NCBI GenBank assembly: GCA_965202585.1
Contig: OZ241832.1
Coordinates: 41,168,001 to 41,232,000 of the forward strand
Direction: 5' to 3'
DNA length: 64,000 bases
Source of the DNA: Thalia democratica
Taxonomy: Eukaryota
Positions 12,201 through 24,232 of the stretch are shown piece after piece. Position numbers and translations under genes: made by a program. The notes beneath the pieces are model-generated. The model searched no databases and was not told the DNA's origin. It worked only from the letters and a program-made list of their open reading frames with translations. Numbering within the stretch: position 1 is the first letter of the stretch; each line of letters opens with the position of its first letter.

Positions 12201-15200
12201 ACATATTGTTTTCCTAATTAAATAAAAATGTTAAAGTATCTCAGTCAAAAAAAACATAATTCTTCTTTATACGTAATAATAAAGCTATACCACACCATTT
12301 GACTATCAACAATAATCCATGATGGACGTAAGGTGCAGTCTAGTGCTTATCGAATGAAATAGAAAACATCTCAGCTTTGCTAAAGATAGCTGAAGTTTCG
12401 CTATAAGTAAAAAAAACAACAGTATTAGTTTTTACTAAGCTAAAGTATGAATTAAGAAGTAGCTTTAAAAGTATTTAAATCTTAGAAAAATATAAAAATG
12501 TTTTTTATAGGTCTTGATATATTATAACTTAAACATATTGAGACAAAAAAAAAGGATCTTGGTTTTTCGTTTATAACTAAATAAAACTTATAAGAGTTTA
12601 TCTGTAAACACTGAACTTATTTTTTTCAAATTTGTTATAATAAAAAACAATTTCAGGTTTTTTACGGATAAAGTTTGTATCTTTTTAGATTAAATTTATC
12701 AACTTCGTATTGATGGTTTTTTGATTAATTGTCTTTTTAAATACAGATTAATGACCTTTAATTAAATTTTTTTAAACAGAAATGTGTAACAACCAATTTT
12801 TTCACTTATGCTTTTTTTATATTTAATGTGTGTCTTAGCAAATAGTTTTTTGCTGAATGTAAGTCAATAAAACTAAAACAAAATACCATTTAAATATAAT
12901 TTAGCTTTTTATCATTTATTTTCTAACGAAGAAACTACTAACATCAGTTTTTTAAGACTTCCTTTGACTTTTAAGACATCCTTTGACTAACATAAATGTT
13001 ATGTTTAAAAACTGTTACTAAAAAATTAAATAAATTAGTTAAAATTTAAAACTAAATTATACAGAAATAATATTTAACTTGTTTAATGTCTTAAACAGAT
13101 ATTGCTGGGAAAATTTTGTCAAAACCACGGAACAATCATCCACGAAATGATGCATGCTTTAGCAGTTGACCATGAGCAAACAAGGCCAGACAGAAATCGT
13201 CATATTAAAATAAATTGGAAAAATGTTTCTCAAAGTAAGATTAATTTGTTTACAATAGCTTTTTTTAAGTTTAAAATCTTTTTTTTGATTATCTTTTCTC
13301 AAATCTTAAATGAAGTAGTCGATACAGATTTCAAGAAGGGGTCTTAAAAGCTTTTATTAAACTAAATCAAAATAAATTAAAGCTCTTCTAATTTTACACT
13401 ATTATTAAGTATAAATAACGTCAGTTGATACGATGATGGTTGAAATGAAACATTTTTTTTCATAAACTGTTCAAAATATTGTTCATCAAAGTGAACAAAA
13501 GTTAAACATAACATTTAAAATTATTGTAAAACTTTTAAAACGTTAACAAAAGAAAAGTAAATTAGTATTCGGTTTTGTGACAGATTCTTATTATAAATTT
13601 TGTTTTATTTTTATAGCATTTGTGACATACCTGATGTTGTGAGTAACGTTTCTGTTTTTGGAAAAAAAAGTACCAAACACAAATTTAAATATACAGTTTT
13701 TTCTTATTTATCGACTAACTGGCTTCAATCTTATAACATTCAACCATTATAATTTTTAATGCCGTTGTTGCAAATGAACCACACAGTTTAAATCAAAAAA
13801 ATCTCTTAATACTTTTTTTTTAATCAGCTAGCCTTAAACTTACAATATCATTACTGTGAGTTGTAAAGAAGGATCACAAGCAGACTTTGATTTTTTCAAA
13901 TATTTTTTTGTAAAAAAAAACAACATCAACAGAAATTTAATAATTATTTCTTAAGGACAAAACGATAAAAGTTTCATTTACTGAATATAAGTCTTACGGG
14001 TTTAAATTTTGAAATATTTTGAAAAATTAGTTTAAAATACATTATAATTTTTCTTTTGTCCTTTATATTTCAGTACCTCAACAAACAGTCCTATTTTGTT
14101 TAAATTAAAAATTTTATATAGTTCTTAGTTCAATTTAGATATATTTTTATAAATATTTTTTTAGATAGATAGTCATTAAATCCATTAAAATTTTGACTGT
14201 TACAATAATTTAACACAAATTATATTTTGAAATTTTCAGTGACTTTGAGTTTCGTTAATGTTTTGATGATACTTGGCTTAAATTCCAGTTTTAGATAGTT
14301 TTTAATTTCATTTAGATAATTTTATGGGTTAAAACATTATTAAGTTTTTAATTTTTATTTAAGAAGCTGTTGATTCAGTTTTTATTTTGACTCATAATTT
14401 TAATTAAATTCAATTTGTTTCAAAATTAGTACTAATTTTACCTAAGTGTACACTGGTGAGCTTGAATTTTCGAATATGTAACATTTTACTTTGTTGTTTA
14501 ATTTTCATGCAGGAATAAGTTTTTAAATAACATTATAGATAAGCAACAATGTTATATGTATTTTACTATTTCGGGATACTTAAAAAGGTCGCAATTTTTT
14601 GCCACCGAAACCTGGTTGTAAACAGAATATTTAATTTCCACATCTTTATTTAGTACCGCAACAAACAAAATAAAAACTTAGACTTTTTATAACTTTAGTT
14701 TAATACTTTTTTTCTACTAACTTCTTTACAGAAACAGCTTAAAGTATATTTATCTTAACTTCATTAACCATTTTATTTGATATAAATTTTAAGTAAATAG
14801 TTCAAACAATTGTTTAACAAAAAAAATATTCTACTGTCTTTTTTAAGAAACTTGGAGCTTATTTCAAACTACCACGTTAATAACAGGAGTGATGTTTGCA
14901 AAGAGAAAACGACACTTATGGGCTGCATACGGTACTCCATATGACATTTTGTCTGTAATGCAATACGGTTCTTTTGATGGAAGTAAAAATGGAAAACCAA
15001 CAATCTTGACACGGTCAGTTTTTTAGTTACTTAACACACACGTATAAAATCATTTGTAATTCAATTTGTTTTTGGTTTATTATATTTCTTTTTGTATAAA
15101 ACTTGAATAAAATGTATGATCACGTACAAACAAATAACACTCTTTTTTTTTGTAACAGCTTAATATATTTCCCTACTTGTCGTCCAAAACATACAGTAGA

Positions 15201-18200
15201 AACTAAACATATAAATATAAACACTTTTTTACTAAAAACAACAAAGCTTGAAACTAATTGAATGGTCAATGAGAGTGATAAATAATCTATGTAAAGCAAT
15301 TTTGAAATTAATCATTAATACATTTAAAAGAAACAAAATGGTTAATTTGGCTAAGTAAAGTCACTTTATAACCAAATTCTTATTTTTTTACACAATTCTG
15401 TTTTTTTTTATGTTAAAATAACTTCTAATTCAGACGAAAGCAATCACAAACGCTGTCAAAATATCCTCTAAAGCTGAACACTTAGTAATTAATAAATATT
15501 TTGTAAAAAATTGTCAGGTATCTAGATTAAAAATTATTAATCATTGCAATAATGTGTTTGCCCTTGTTAAGTTAAAAGCTACTTTAATATTTTAAAAGTA
15601 ATTGTGTAAACAAAAAAAAAATTGCATATAAAGTGAATTTATTTAGTTAAGTAAACTATTTGATTTAAATACTCTACTTTCAGCCGATATCGTCAACCAA
15701 TGGTTTAAAACTGTTACATTTTGAACTTTATAAACCTATTATTTCTATCAGACCAAAAACTATGCGTTTTGTTAAACAAAATATAGTTTTTGAAATACTA
15801 TCATTTGTTTAAACTTAGAGAAAAATTTTAATTTTAATTAACCAATTGCTTATACTGTTACGAACTTCTTTGCCAAACACAATTATTTATAATTCCTTTT
15901 CAACTGTTTACTAACTCGTTTTCACAGAAAAAATCTTATAAATGATGTTCCATTAAATCTAGATGTTTTTAAACTTCATGGTTTTTTACTTTTATTTCTC
16001 AAAACCAGACGCTGATTTTTTAAGTTTGAGAAACTATATTTAATCGAAAGGTTTGATTATCAAAAATTTAAAAGAAGTTGTTTGAACTTTGATAAAATAA
16101 AAGACGTAATGATGTGGTCGATAAAATAGTTTATTTAAGTTTTAAAAAGTACTTAAAAGCACGGTTGTTAAAATTTTCTAACCAAAAAGCTCTGAATAAT
16201 CGATAAAGTTTGTTTGTTTTGATTAAAATGTCTTGCTGAAGTAATTGTGAGGCAATTTTCTAATAAAAGACAATCAACAATGTTCTAAAGCTAGTAGTAG
16301 TTAATTAAAAAGTGAATAAAAATTATGTTATTTGAAACTTATTTTTATTATTGTTCTTCAACATGTAAGTTCTAACATGCAATAAGTAAACTTTAGTACT
16401 AGAATTTTTTTTACAGGAACTAAGTCAAGATACTTTAAAAAAATGTTATCATAATTTATTTTAAAACATTAATTTCTCAGATACAGTTTAATTTAGTATA
16501 CCCATTTTTACAGCAACAATGAAGAAATTAAACGTAGCGACGAGTTTTCTTTGATGGACCTTATTCAGCTGAACAAGATGTATAGATGCTCAAGTTAGAG
16601 AGTTGTGTATTCAAAATTTCACCTTAATAAGATACAATCATTCAACAATATATCACTCTAAAGCTTTTTTCTAACGAATTAGAACATTTTTAAAAACTTG
16701 ATCACATTAAATGTAAAGTCACAAAGGTTAATTTACACTTTCTTGTCTCGTCTCAAACTTCTTTCTTTGTAAGTAAGTTTTACTGTAAAAGATATATCAA
16801 ATGTTTCAACGGTAAAACACTTGTAGAATTAAAAATTTAAATTTAAACCTAATAAGTAAAGGTGCTTAAGTAAAACAAAGGATACGAGTTTGCACATATA
16901 AAAATTATTAAGACCTAATGTTTTTGAATTAAAGAAGTAGCTAAGTAGTTATATATTCTGTATTTTTATTTTTGTTAAAATTTTTAAATATTCAGTATGC
17001 ATCAATTACTCTAAACATAAAACAGTAGTTCAATCTCTTATTTTAAAATGAAAATTAACAACAAAAAACAAAACTAAGAACGGTTAAACTTATTTTTAAC
17101 TAAAAAGAAAACTTCAGTAGCTTTTAAAAAACTCCTCCTTTACAAACAGTTACAACTATACTGTTAAACTAAAAATGAATTTCAGCCGAAAAATTTTATG
17201 TGTTTAAAAATTTTTAAACAGCCTAATCAAAATATGATAATCTAAACTCTTACCAGTAGTTTGAGAAGCTTTGATAATATGCTTGTGCTTAAAGTAGATA
17301 AATTAAATACCACTTCATTGCAAGACACAAAACGATTTCCATTATAAACATTATTTAAAGATTAAGCGCTTTCATAGTTCACAAACTCCCTTGTCAAAAA
17401 TACTAAACACTCGAAAGTTTTCTAAACATTATATAATAGATCTTAAGTAAATCATATGTAAAAACAAAACTAATCAAAACAACAAGTAATCAACAAAAAA
17501 GATTTTTTATAAATAAAACAAAATGGATTATTTAAATTTATTAACAGTTATTCTAGATCCTTTACTTAGTTGCATTTTTTACAAATGGTTTAGTTTCACT
17601 CTATTTATATTATGTTTAGTTAACTTGTGAGTGTTTATTGTTTTTGACAAGGGACTTTGTGAATTCCGAAAGCGCTTAAACTTTTAATAAAGTTTATAAT
17701 GGAAAAAGTTTTGTGTCTTGCAATAAAGTGGTATCTAATTACATTAAAAGGTCTATCTATATATGAGATAAATTAAAGCTATTATTTTCTAATTCGAAAT
17801 AGTCTGTACTAATATATTTTATGTCATTGTAAAACACTTTAGCTATAAATCTTGGAGCGGAAAACTGCGGCCCTCAAAGCAAAAATCTGCGGCCCGCAAG
17901 GTATTTTCAGCTCAAAAAATACTTTTTTGAAACAATAATAAAATAAGTTTTTGTGATAAAAGCTTACAACTAGCACTTTAATCAACTAAATACTCTTACT
18001 GGTTATCTATCATTGCTTATTTTATCACTTTTTTGGTTAAAACAGAAGTTTTATATTAGGTTTATTATACACAAATTTTATTAATATGTACTTGTTTTTT
18101 TAATAATTTTCATAAAAAAATTTAACTATTTTTAAAAGAAAGTACTTTAAACATTAAATACTTTTTTTATTATCATGTTAACAAAGAGTTTTCTCTCAAG

Positions 18201-19271
18201 TTAAATAAATTTTATTTTTTAGTTTCTACGAAATAGTTTTTCATCTATTAAATGTCAATATAAAACGAGCTGTAAAAACAATTTACCAGTCCCAAATACC
18301 ATTTAGGTATTTTGATAAAGTTTATCAGCTTTCTTTTTGATATTTGTAAACAACAGTTTACTTTTTACTAGACTTTTGTTAAAGGTAGTTTGTTTTTACT
18401 TTATCAAATTTATCAATTTTTCTATGTCTCACAAAGTTATGTAATATTTTATGTTTAAACCATTATAACAACAACACTTTATTACTAAATTAAGTTAAAA
18501 AAATATTTGAGTACTAAAAAATTAAAACAAAAACAGCATTTAGTCCCAAGTAATATTTTTTCAAATCTTTTTTAAGTTTACCTAATTGTAAATTATTTAT
18601 TCTTTTTCTTTTTATTAGAATTTTATTGCGACTACTACACTAAAATTACCAGCATAGTTTCAATTATTTAAGCTTTCAAAAGTCTAATAGATATATCTGT
18701 TTAACTTACATTGTCGTAAGTCTAGCCCATAGGTCGGAAAACTGCGGCAGGCGGGCCAAATGCGGCCCTCAAAGCAACAGTATGCGGCCTTCGAAGCACT
18801 CTAAGCCAAAACCATACTTTTTTAACACCATAAAAAAGACAACATGAATTATAACAATTAATTCAAAGTAACTGCGGCCCTCGAAGACATTTTTCTAAAC
18901 AGTGCAGCCCGCGAGCAATTTTTTGCTAAGAAATTATAAATTAAAAAACAATAATATTCTTTTATGTATCAATTAACTTAGTAAATTATTTATTTGTTTT
19001 GATGATTTAATAAAACCACTGCTAAACTTTTTTTTATTTGTAGAGAACTATACAGAAAAAGCAATTGAAGAAAAGAAAGACCAATGTGTAGACTTGCGAA
19101 GGTATAATTATTAACATTTTTCATGTTTTAAACAGTACTTTTTATATAGTTACAAGCACAAAAGTACATTTTAGATCATGTATTCGGATCGCAAAAGAAG
19201 GAAAATGTAGAATGTTAGAATTTGAAGAATTTGTTGAAAAGAATTGTAGAGAATCTTGCAAGTTTTGTTAA
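9291..19271 (+). CDS. Secreted astacin-family (M12A) zinc metalloprotease with N-terminal antistasin-like domain and C-terminal ShK domain; 9 exons, about 357 aa
   Basis: Exons join(9291-9348,9626-9784,10223-10378,11118-11281,13099-13234,14848-15013,16514-16593,19044-19101,19175-19271); all GT-AG, phases compatible, total 1074 nt. Signal peptide MTLSIIVFILCAFIKISF; pro-peptide FAKDII; furin site RIKR|A with Trp at mature position 10; TCIRF; HEMMHALAVDHEQTRPDR; Met-turn SVMQY; DLIQLNKMYRC; ShK CVDLRRSC...C...CRESCKFC*. AATAAA at 19282. Confidence 0.92.
9661..9744 (+). other. Antistasin-like domain in astacin exon 2
   Basis: CDNTRSCQITCPLGFKMSSQRKCYICFC = C-x5-C-x3-C-x11-C-x2-C-x-C with CPxGF, matching the antistasin repeat pattern. 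Confidence 0.75.
13099..13234 (+). CDS. Astacin catalytic exon carrying the zinc-binding motif
   Basis: ILLGKFCQNHGTIIHEMMHALAVDHEQTRPDRNRHIKINWKNVSQ; acceptor aacag ends 13098, donor GTAAGA at 13235. Confidence 0.95.
17850..17910 (+). mobile_element. hAT-like MITE left-end fragment in astacin intron 7
   Basis: ggagcggaaaactgcggccctcaaagcaaaaatctgcggcccgcaag. Confidence 0.6.
18725..18925 (+). mobile_element. hAT-like MITE fragment in astacin intron 7
   Basis: cataggtcggaaaactgcggcaggcgggccaaatgcggccctc; repeated tgcggccc motifs. Confidence 0.7.
19044..19271 (+). CDS. Last two astacin exons encoding the ShK (ShKT) domain
   Basis: Six Cys in ShK spacing across a 73-nt intron (19102-19174); stop TAA at 19269-19271. 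Confidence 0.9.
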
Positions 19272-19281
19272 CCATCTTACA

Positions 19282-19287
19282 AATAAA
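19282..19287 (+). promoter_or_regulatory. Putative polyadenylation signal of the astacin gene
   Basis: AATAAA 11 nt after the stop codon. Confidence 0.55.
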
Positions 19288-20071
19288 AATCATTAAGTTG
19301 GAGTGTTTCTACGTGATATAATTTGCAATAGCGTTATAACAGACTTTTTTAATACTAAATTGCTGACTAATTAATATTATTTTACCTTCAGCTTAATTAA
19401 TATTTATTAAACGTATAATTAATCCTATCAAGTTTTATAATATTTTGGTAGTATTTTTAGTACTGATTTTTAAAAAGTAAAGCGTACTAGATAAATTTAA
19501 AACTGTATAGCTTTAAAGAAACTTTTTTTTTGATTTACACCAAATACTCTAGAATATAAACATGGCATAAGTAAAATACTTAAAAAAGATAACATGTGTT
19601 TATAGATTTTATAGTTTATTGTTTCTATTCTAAAACTTGTATTATTAAATAAGTATTATTAAACATGTAACCGACATAACTATACACAAATGATATAACT
19701 AATAGTTTGATTTAAAAATTAAAAGCTTAATAAAGTTCGTTTTTTGCATTCTTTTAACAAATAAGTTTTAGTTTATTTGTTTTACAAGTTCAATACAAAT
19801 TACTTTTCTGCACTTTTATTAGATTGTGTTAAATATATAAGTTATGATTAGTAACATGCAACTGTGATATAAAATAAATTTTATCCACCTTAAAAACTTT
19901 ATCTAAGAATAAAAACAAAAAAAAATTTTTTTATATAATAACTAACAAAATATTACCTACATAAAATAAATACGTAAACTCGATCAAAATTAAATATCAA
20001 TGCTATAAAACGGTCTCAAATGAATAAATGATATTATAAGCAAACTAGATTTACTTAATTAAACATAAAGT

Positions 20072-20235
20072 TATGAACATACCACTTGGATTATCAGACC
20101 ACAAGCTTTCGGTAGGCTGAGAGCTAAGTTTCCTTATGTATTTAATTTCAAAAGTCAGAGGTTCAACAAAATAGAAAACATAAGTCTCAGTCTACCGAGA
20201 GCTTTTTTCTGATGATCCAAGTGGTATGATCAAAA
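20072..20235. repeat. Inverted repeat (arms about 20072-20124 and 20182-20235)
   Basis: cataccacttggattatcag...ctttcggtaggctgagagct versus agtctcagtctaccgagagc...ctgatgatccaagtggtatg. Confidence 0.8.
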
Positions 20236-20314
20236 TTTGATGTTAATTTGAGCTTGTCTCACGGCACATAAGGTTTAGGGTTCGACTCTGATAAATTTCG
20301 CCGACGTTTGTTTT
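20209..20314 (+). mobile_element. tRNA-like (Pol III A/B box) SINE-type element, copy 1
   Basis: A-box-like tgatccaagtgg (20213-20224), B box ggttcgactc (20279-20288), TTTT at 20311. Confidence 0.55.
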
Positions 20315-21545
20315 AGTAAGTTAAGATATAGATCATTTTAACTTTAACGAACTACATAAGTTAATTTTTTATATGGTATGCAATATACTTAAAATCTTTT
20401 AAAAATATAATTTCTGATTAGAGAAGTTTGTGGTACTGGTAGGTATTGTGTAATTTAGAATTTAATAACATTTATTTTATTTCATTATTAATTTGTAATA
20501 GTTTTTTTTTTAACGTTCAATTAAATTATAAAAAATTTAGAGCTGTGCCTTTTTGGCTTAAATATAATTAGTAAGATGAATGACAATTAAATTTATTGTA
20601 TAAAAATTATTAAATACTTTCGAATTAGAAAATTTTTAAACTATAATTTTTTTTCTTTTTAGTTTACCTTTTTTTTAATATTTGTTTGTTTAGCTTAAAA
20701 CCTACTGATTGTTAAAAAGTGTTTTAAAGTTTATGTCGGTACTGTCTAATCTTTACTATTTAGTCAAATTTATAAAAATGTTCTTTCTATATTATAAACA
20801 TTTATTAATAGTTATAACTATTTTATTATCAAAGTTTATTGCACTCAACTTTTTTATAACTTAATTTATTATATTATTTCTTTATTGAAAGACTTGTTTG
20901 TTTACAAGTAAATTTATGTTTCTGGTTTCAGGCACAAAGTTCTAATTTAGTTAGTTTTATATTTATATACCATTTGCAACTTAATATCGATAGATTATTC
21001 ATTTTGATTTATATTTTATTACAAAAAGCTTTTCAAAACTATACGAGTTTCATTCTCTAGTGATAAATTTTAAATGAAATTTGATTTTTTTTTTGTGAGT
21101 GAACAGCTTAAAAAATAACTTTAAATTATGACGTATGAATCATTTGTTTATAAACTATATTCATAGTTAAACAAACTGTCTTTAAGAAAATCTAACCTTT
21201 TTTTCATATAGCTTTTTGTAAATGGATTAATTAACAAGTTTAGATCTAACAATGTTTCTTCATTGGGTCCTCTACGTCATAAAGCCAAACAATAAACGTA
21301 ACTTGTAATTTATAAACTTCAATGTCTCATACTAAGTTATTTAACATATGCGAAGAAATTAAAAATATTTTTGTTATCTCTAAAGCATAGGTAAATAGAC
21401 AAAGCTGACATCACTGATTATAATAACAAACGGTATCTTCATAATAGGCAATATAAATCATTTCTATATTGACGACTGCAAATATTTTGATTTCGACTGA
21501 CTTTTAATAAGATCAAAACTCGTGTCTAAGTCTAACAAAGTTTAT

Positions 21546-21650
21546 GGTCTTATGATAAAAGTGGTATGATCAAACCTTTGTGTTAGTTCAAGCTTGTCTA
21601 ACGACACAAGAAAGTCCAGGCTTAGGCTCTGTTAAACTTTCGCCGATGCT
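21546..21650 (+). mobile_element. Diverged copy 2 of the same element
   Basis: Shares aagtggtatgatcaaa, agcttgtct, ctctg and tttcgccga in the same order. Confidence 0.6.
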
Positions 21651-21751
21651 TTCTTTAATTTACCAACACTGGTTTTACACTGAGCTGCTTAAAATAAAGT
21701 ATTTGTTTTGTTTCTTAATAACAACCAAAATAGATATTTTTTACTCTAGAA

Positions 21752-22143
21752 TAGAGGTAGGCAACGTTTTTAGTCGGTCGGCCAGACATGGATTAAATTT
21801 AGATCTTAGTGGGCCGGAGCATTTCAGTTTCAATCGCGAAAATTACGCAATTATCCTATTTATTTTAACAAAAGACTAGTTATATGACACCTTCTTTTTT
21901 GTTATATATAGTATAAATTTCAAAACTTCCGTAAATTGTACCTAAGACTTTTTTTTGTTTTTCTTTCTTTTATAAAAATCCGAAAATATCTATTATAAAT
22001 TTAGCGGGCAAAATTTACATGATCGCTGGCTGTAGTTTTACTTTCACAAGCCATATTGCAATGAAATTTTATAAATATTACCAGGCTAGTCGTTTTTACT
22101 CAACAGGCCGGATCAAACCCGCGGGCCGTACGTTGCCCTTCCG
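21752..22143. mobile_element. Shorter, older member of the same MITE family
   Basis: Ends tagaggtaggcaacgt and ccgcgggccgtacgttgcccttccg, matching the 46-47 kb element. Confidence 0.8.
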
Positions 22144-22338
22144 TACTTAAGAATAACACAATTTTTATAGTTAAACTGTTTTGATATGATCTTTCATTTC
22201 AAAGTTGGACGAAAAATGTTAAATTAACTTAATAATAATCAAGTTTTTATTTCTGAAAGCAAAACATGTTGTTTGATTAAAAGTTGTAGCTTGAGATTTT
22301 ATATACAACTTAAACAAATCAGGTTTTTTTTTTGTGAT

Positions 22339-22383
22339 GTTTTAATCGAATTATTTCCAATTAACTTCGTCAGCGGCTAAAAC
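22339..22383 (-). ncRNA. Minimal type I hammerhead-like motif
   Basis: Minus strand: gttttagccg-CTGACGA-agttaattg-GAAA-taa-TT-cgattaaaac. Stem I pairs 9 of 10; stem II is degenerate. Confidence 0.5.
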
Positions 22384-22493
22384 CAAACAGTTCTATTCTA
22401 CATGCAATATTTGCAACATTAAGATTATTTGTTCACAAAAGAAAGCATTATATGCAAAAGCTGTTTATATTAACATTGAGATTTTCTACATAT

Positions 22494-23447
22494 CAGGGGC
22501 GTGTCTAGATTTTTTTCAGTTTCGTTGCACAGTTTTTGTTCAATAATAAACTTTTTTTAAATTTTTAATTACATAACTGTCTAATTTTTTTTAGGTACAT
22601 AAACATCTTTAACTTCATACAATTTGAAAAAACTAGTAAAACACAATGCAAAACATTAATAAGTGGTCCAGTTCTTTAATTTTTAATAAAATAATTTAAA
22701 AATAAACCCAAGTCCTGTTTTTGTTGGCAATGTAAAAACATTTCCTGACATAGTGAAGCTAACATAAATACAGAAGTAATTTATACATTTGAATCTAAAA
22801 ACGAAGTACTAATCAAAATTAATAAGTAACTCTTCTAAATAATAGAAAATCGTATTCAAATGTATGTAAACAAATTACTTATTCAAACAGTTCCAGTTGA
22901 ACTAATTCAGCTAAAAAGCAAGTTTTAATAAAAACCAAATTATATTTTATAAAACAAACAAATAGAAGACGTGAACCACTATTTACAAAAATTTTACAAC
23001 TGAGTAAAAAAAACAAGTGAAACTATGTTTTTTCTAACGTGTAAAAAATAAAAACAGCATGTTATTTAGTGAAAAGTTTCTAAAATTAAAACTGAAGTCC
23101 TTCAAGTTGTATAACCGGTCAAAAAGTACTTTTATAAACACTTTTGACTGGCTAATTTTCAATATAGTTTCTTATTTCAAATTGTGCAACTTTTGAATTT
23201 ATATAGTTTTTATGTAGATTATACGTATTTTCTAAAATAAAACTTAAAAAGCTAGGTTATTTTTGACCTAGCTCTTTTAAAAACATGAACTTAACTTTAT
23301 TTTATAACAAAAAGTTAACATACAGATATAAATTTTAAGTAAAATACATTAAAATAAAACCATATTAAATCATTTTTTTATTACACCTGTTTAAGTTTTC
23401 TAGGGGTCGCACAGAAAACGGGAAATCATTCAAAACACACACCTTGA
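22494..23447. mobile_element. Possible old MITE
   Basis: Left end caggggcgtgtctag; degenerate right end caaaacacacaccttg. Confidence 0.3.
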
Positions 23448-23937
23448 GGGATATACAATTGAAAGTACAAAATGTGCAATTTATCAGTTTATCTACAATT
23501 TACAAAGCTGTACAAAATTATGACTTAAACCTTATAAACGCAGTAAAACTAATAAGCAAAAAAAACAATTTATAAAACTCTACTAAGTTTATATTTAAAA
23601 TATTACCTCGAACTCGATTAAATAAAAAATATTGAACACCGTTTTATAATTTTAAAAGTTAAATTAGTATATCGTACAAGTAGGCCGTGCGGACTGCGGA
23701 CTCCGCACAATTAGCAATTATAACTACGGACTGTTAGTCTGATATTTTAATAATATATATAATGTATTTCACTGCTGTAGCTGATTTTCTTATGCATGTC
23801 ACTAATTTATTATTCAATACATCTACGTACATGCTTCTTTATTCGTACCTATAGATGTTTTTAGGTATACCAAATGTAACTACTTTCACAGTAACACTAC
23901 AGATAACAACGCTTATTTTATTTCTATACTTTAACGT

Positions 23938-24232
23938 ATTGAACGACAAAAAATAAATTCCAGTAAGTTTGGTCCAAGGACCTGGTGTACGAAAAACCTT
24001 TCGGTTATTGCGTCATCCACCAAGGATACAGTTTAATGTCTTGTCCAGGACAGGGATTGATTTGGTCTTGTAATGTTTGATTCCTAGGGCAAAATTGCTA
24101 GGATTATTATTTTAGTTTATTGAACGACAAAAAATACGCTCAAAATATTTGGTCCTAGGACCTGGTGCATGAAGAACCTTTCAGTTATCGAGTCACACAC
24201 CACGAATACCGTTTAACGTCTTGTCTAGGACA
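23938..24232. repeat. Direct repeat of a 114-bp unit (23938-24051, 24119-24232), with a third diverged copy at about 30585-30668
   Basis: attgaacgacaaaaaata...ggacctggtg...gtttaa(t/c)gtcttgtc(c/t)aggaca; period 181 bp. Confidence 0.85.

Noticed and set aside
20209-20314. Intact tRNA gene or confident vault RNA call
   Set aside because: No acceptor stem, broken T-stem, an extra 20 nt after the D arm, and no pairing of the 5' and 3' ends.
21580-21879. 99-aa ORF
   Set aside because: Runs across a SINE-like copy and a MITE end; a chance frame.
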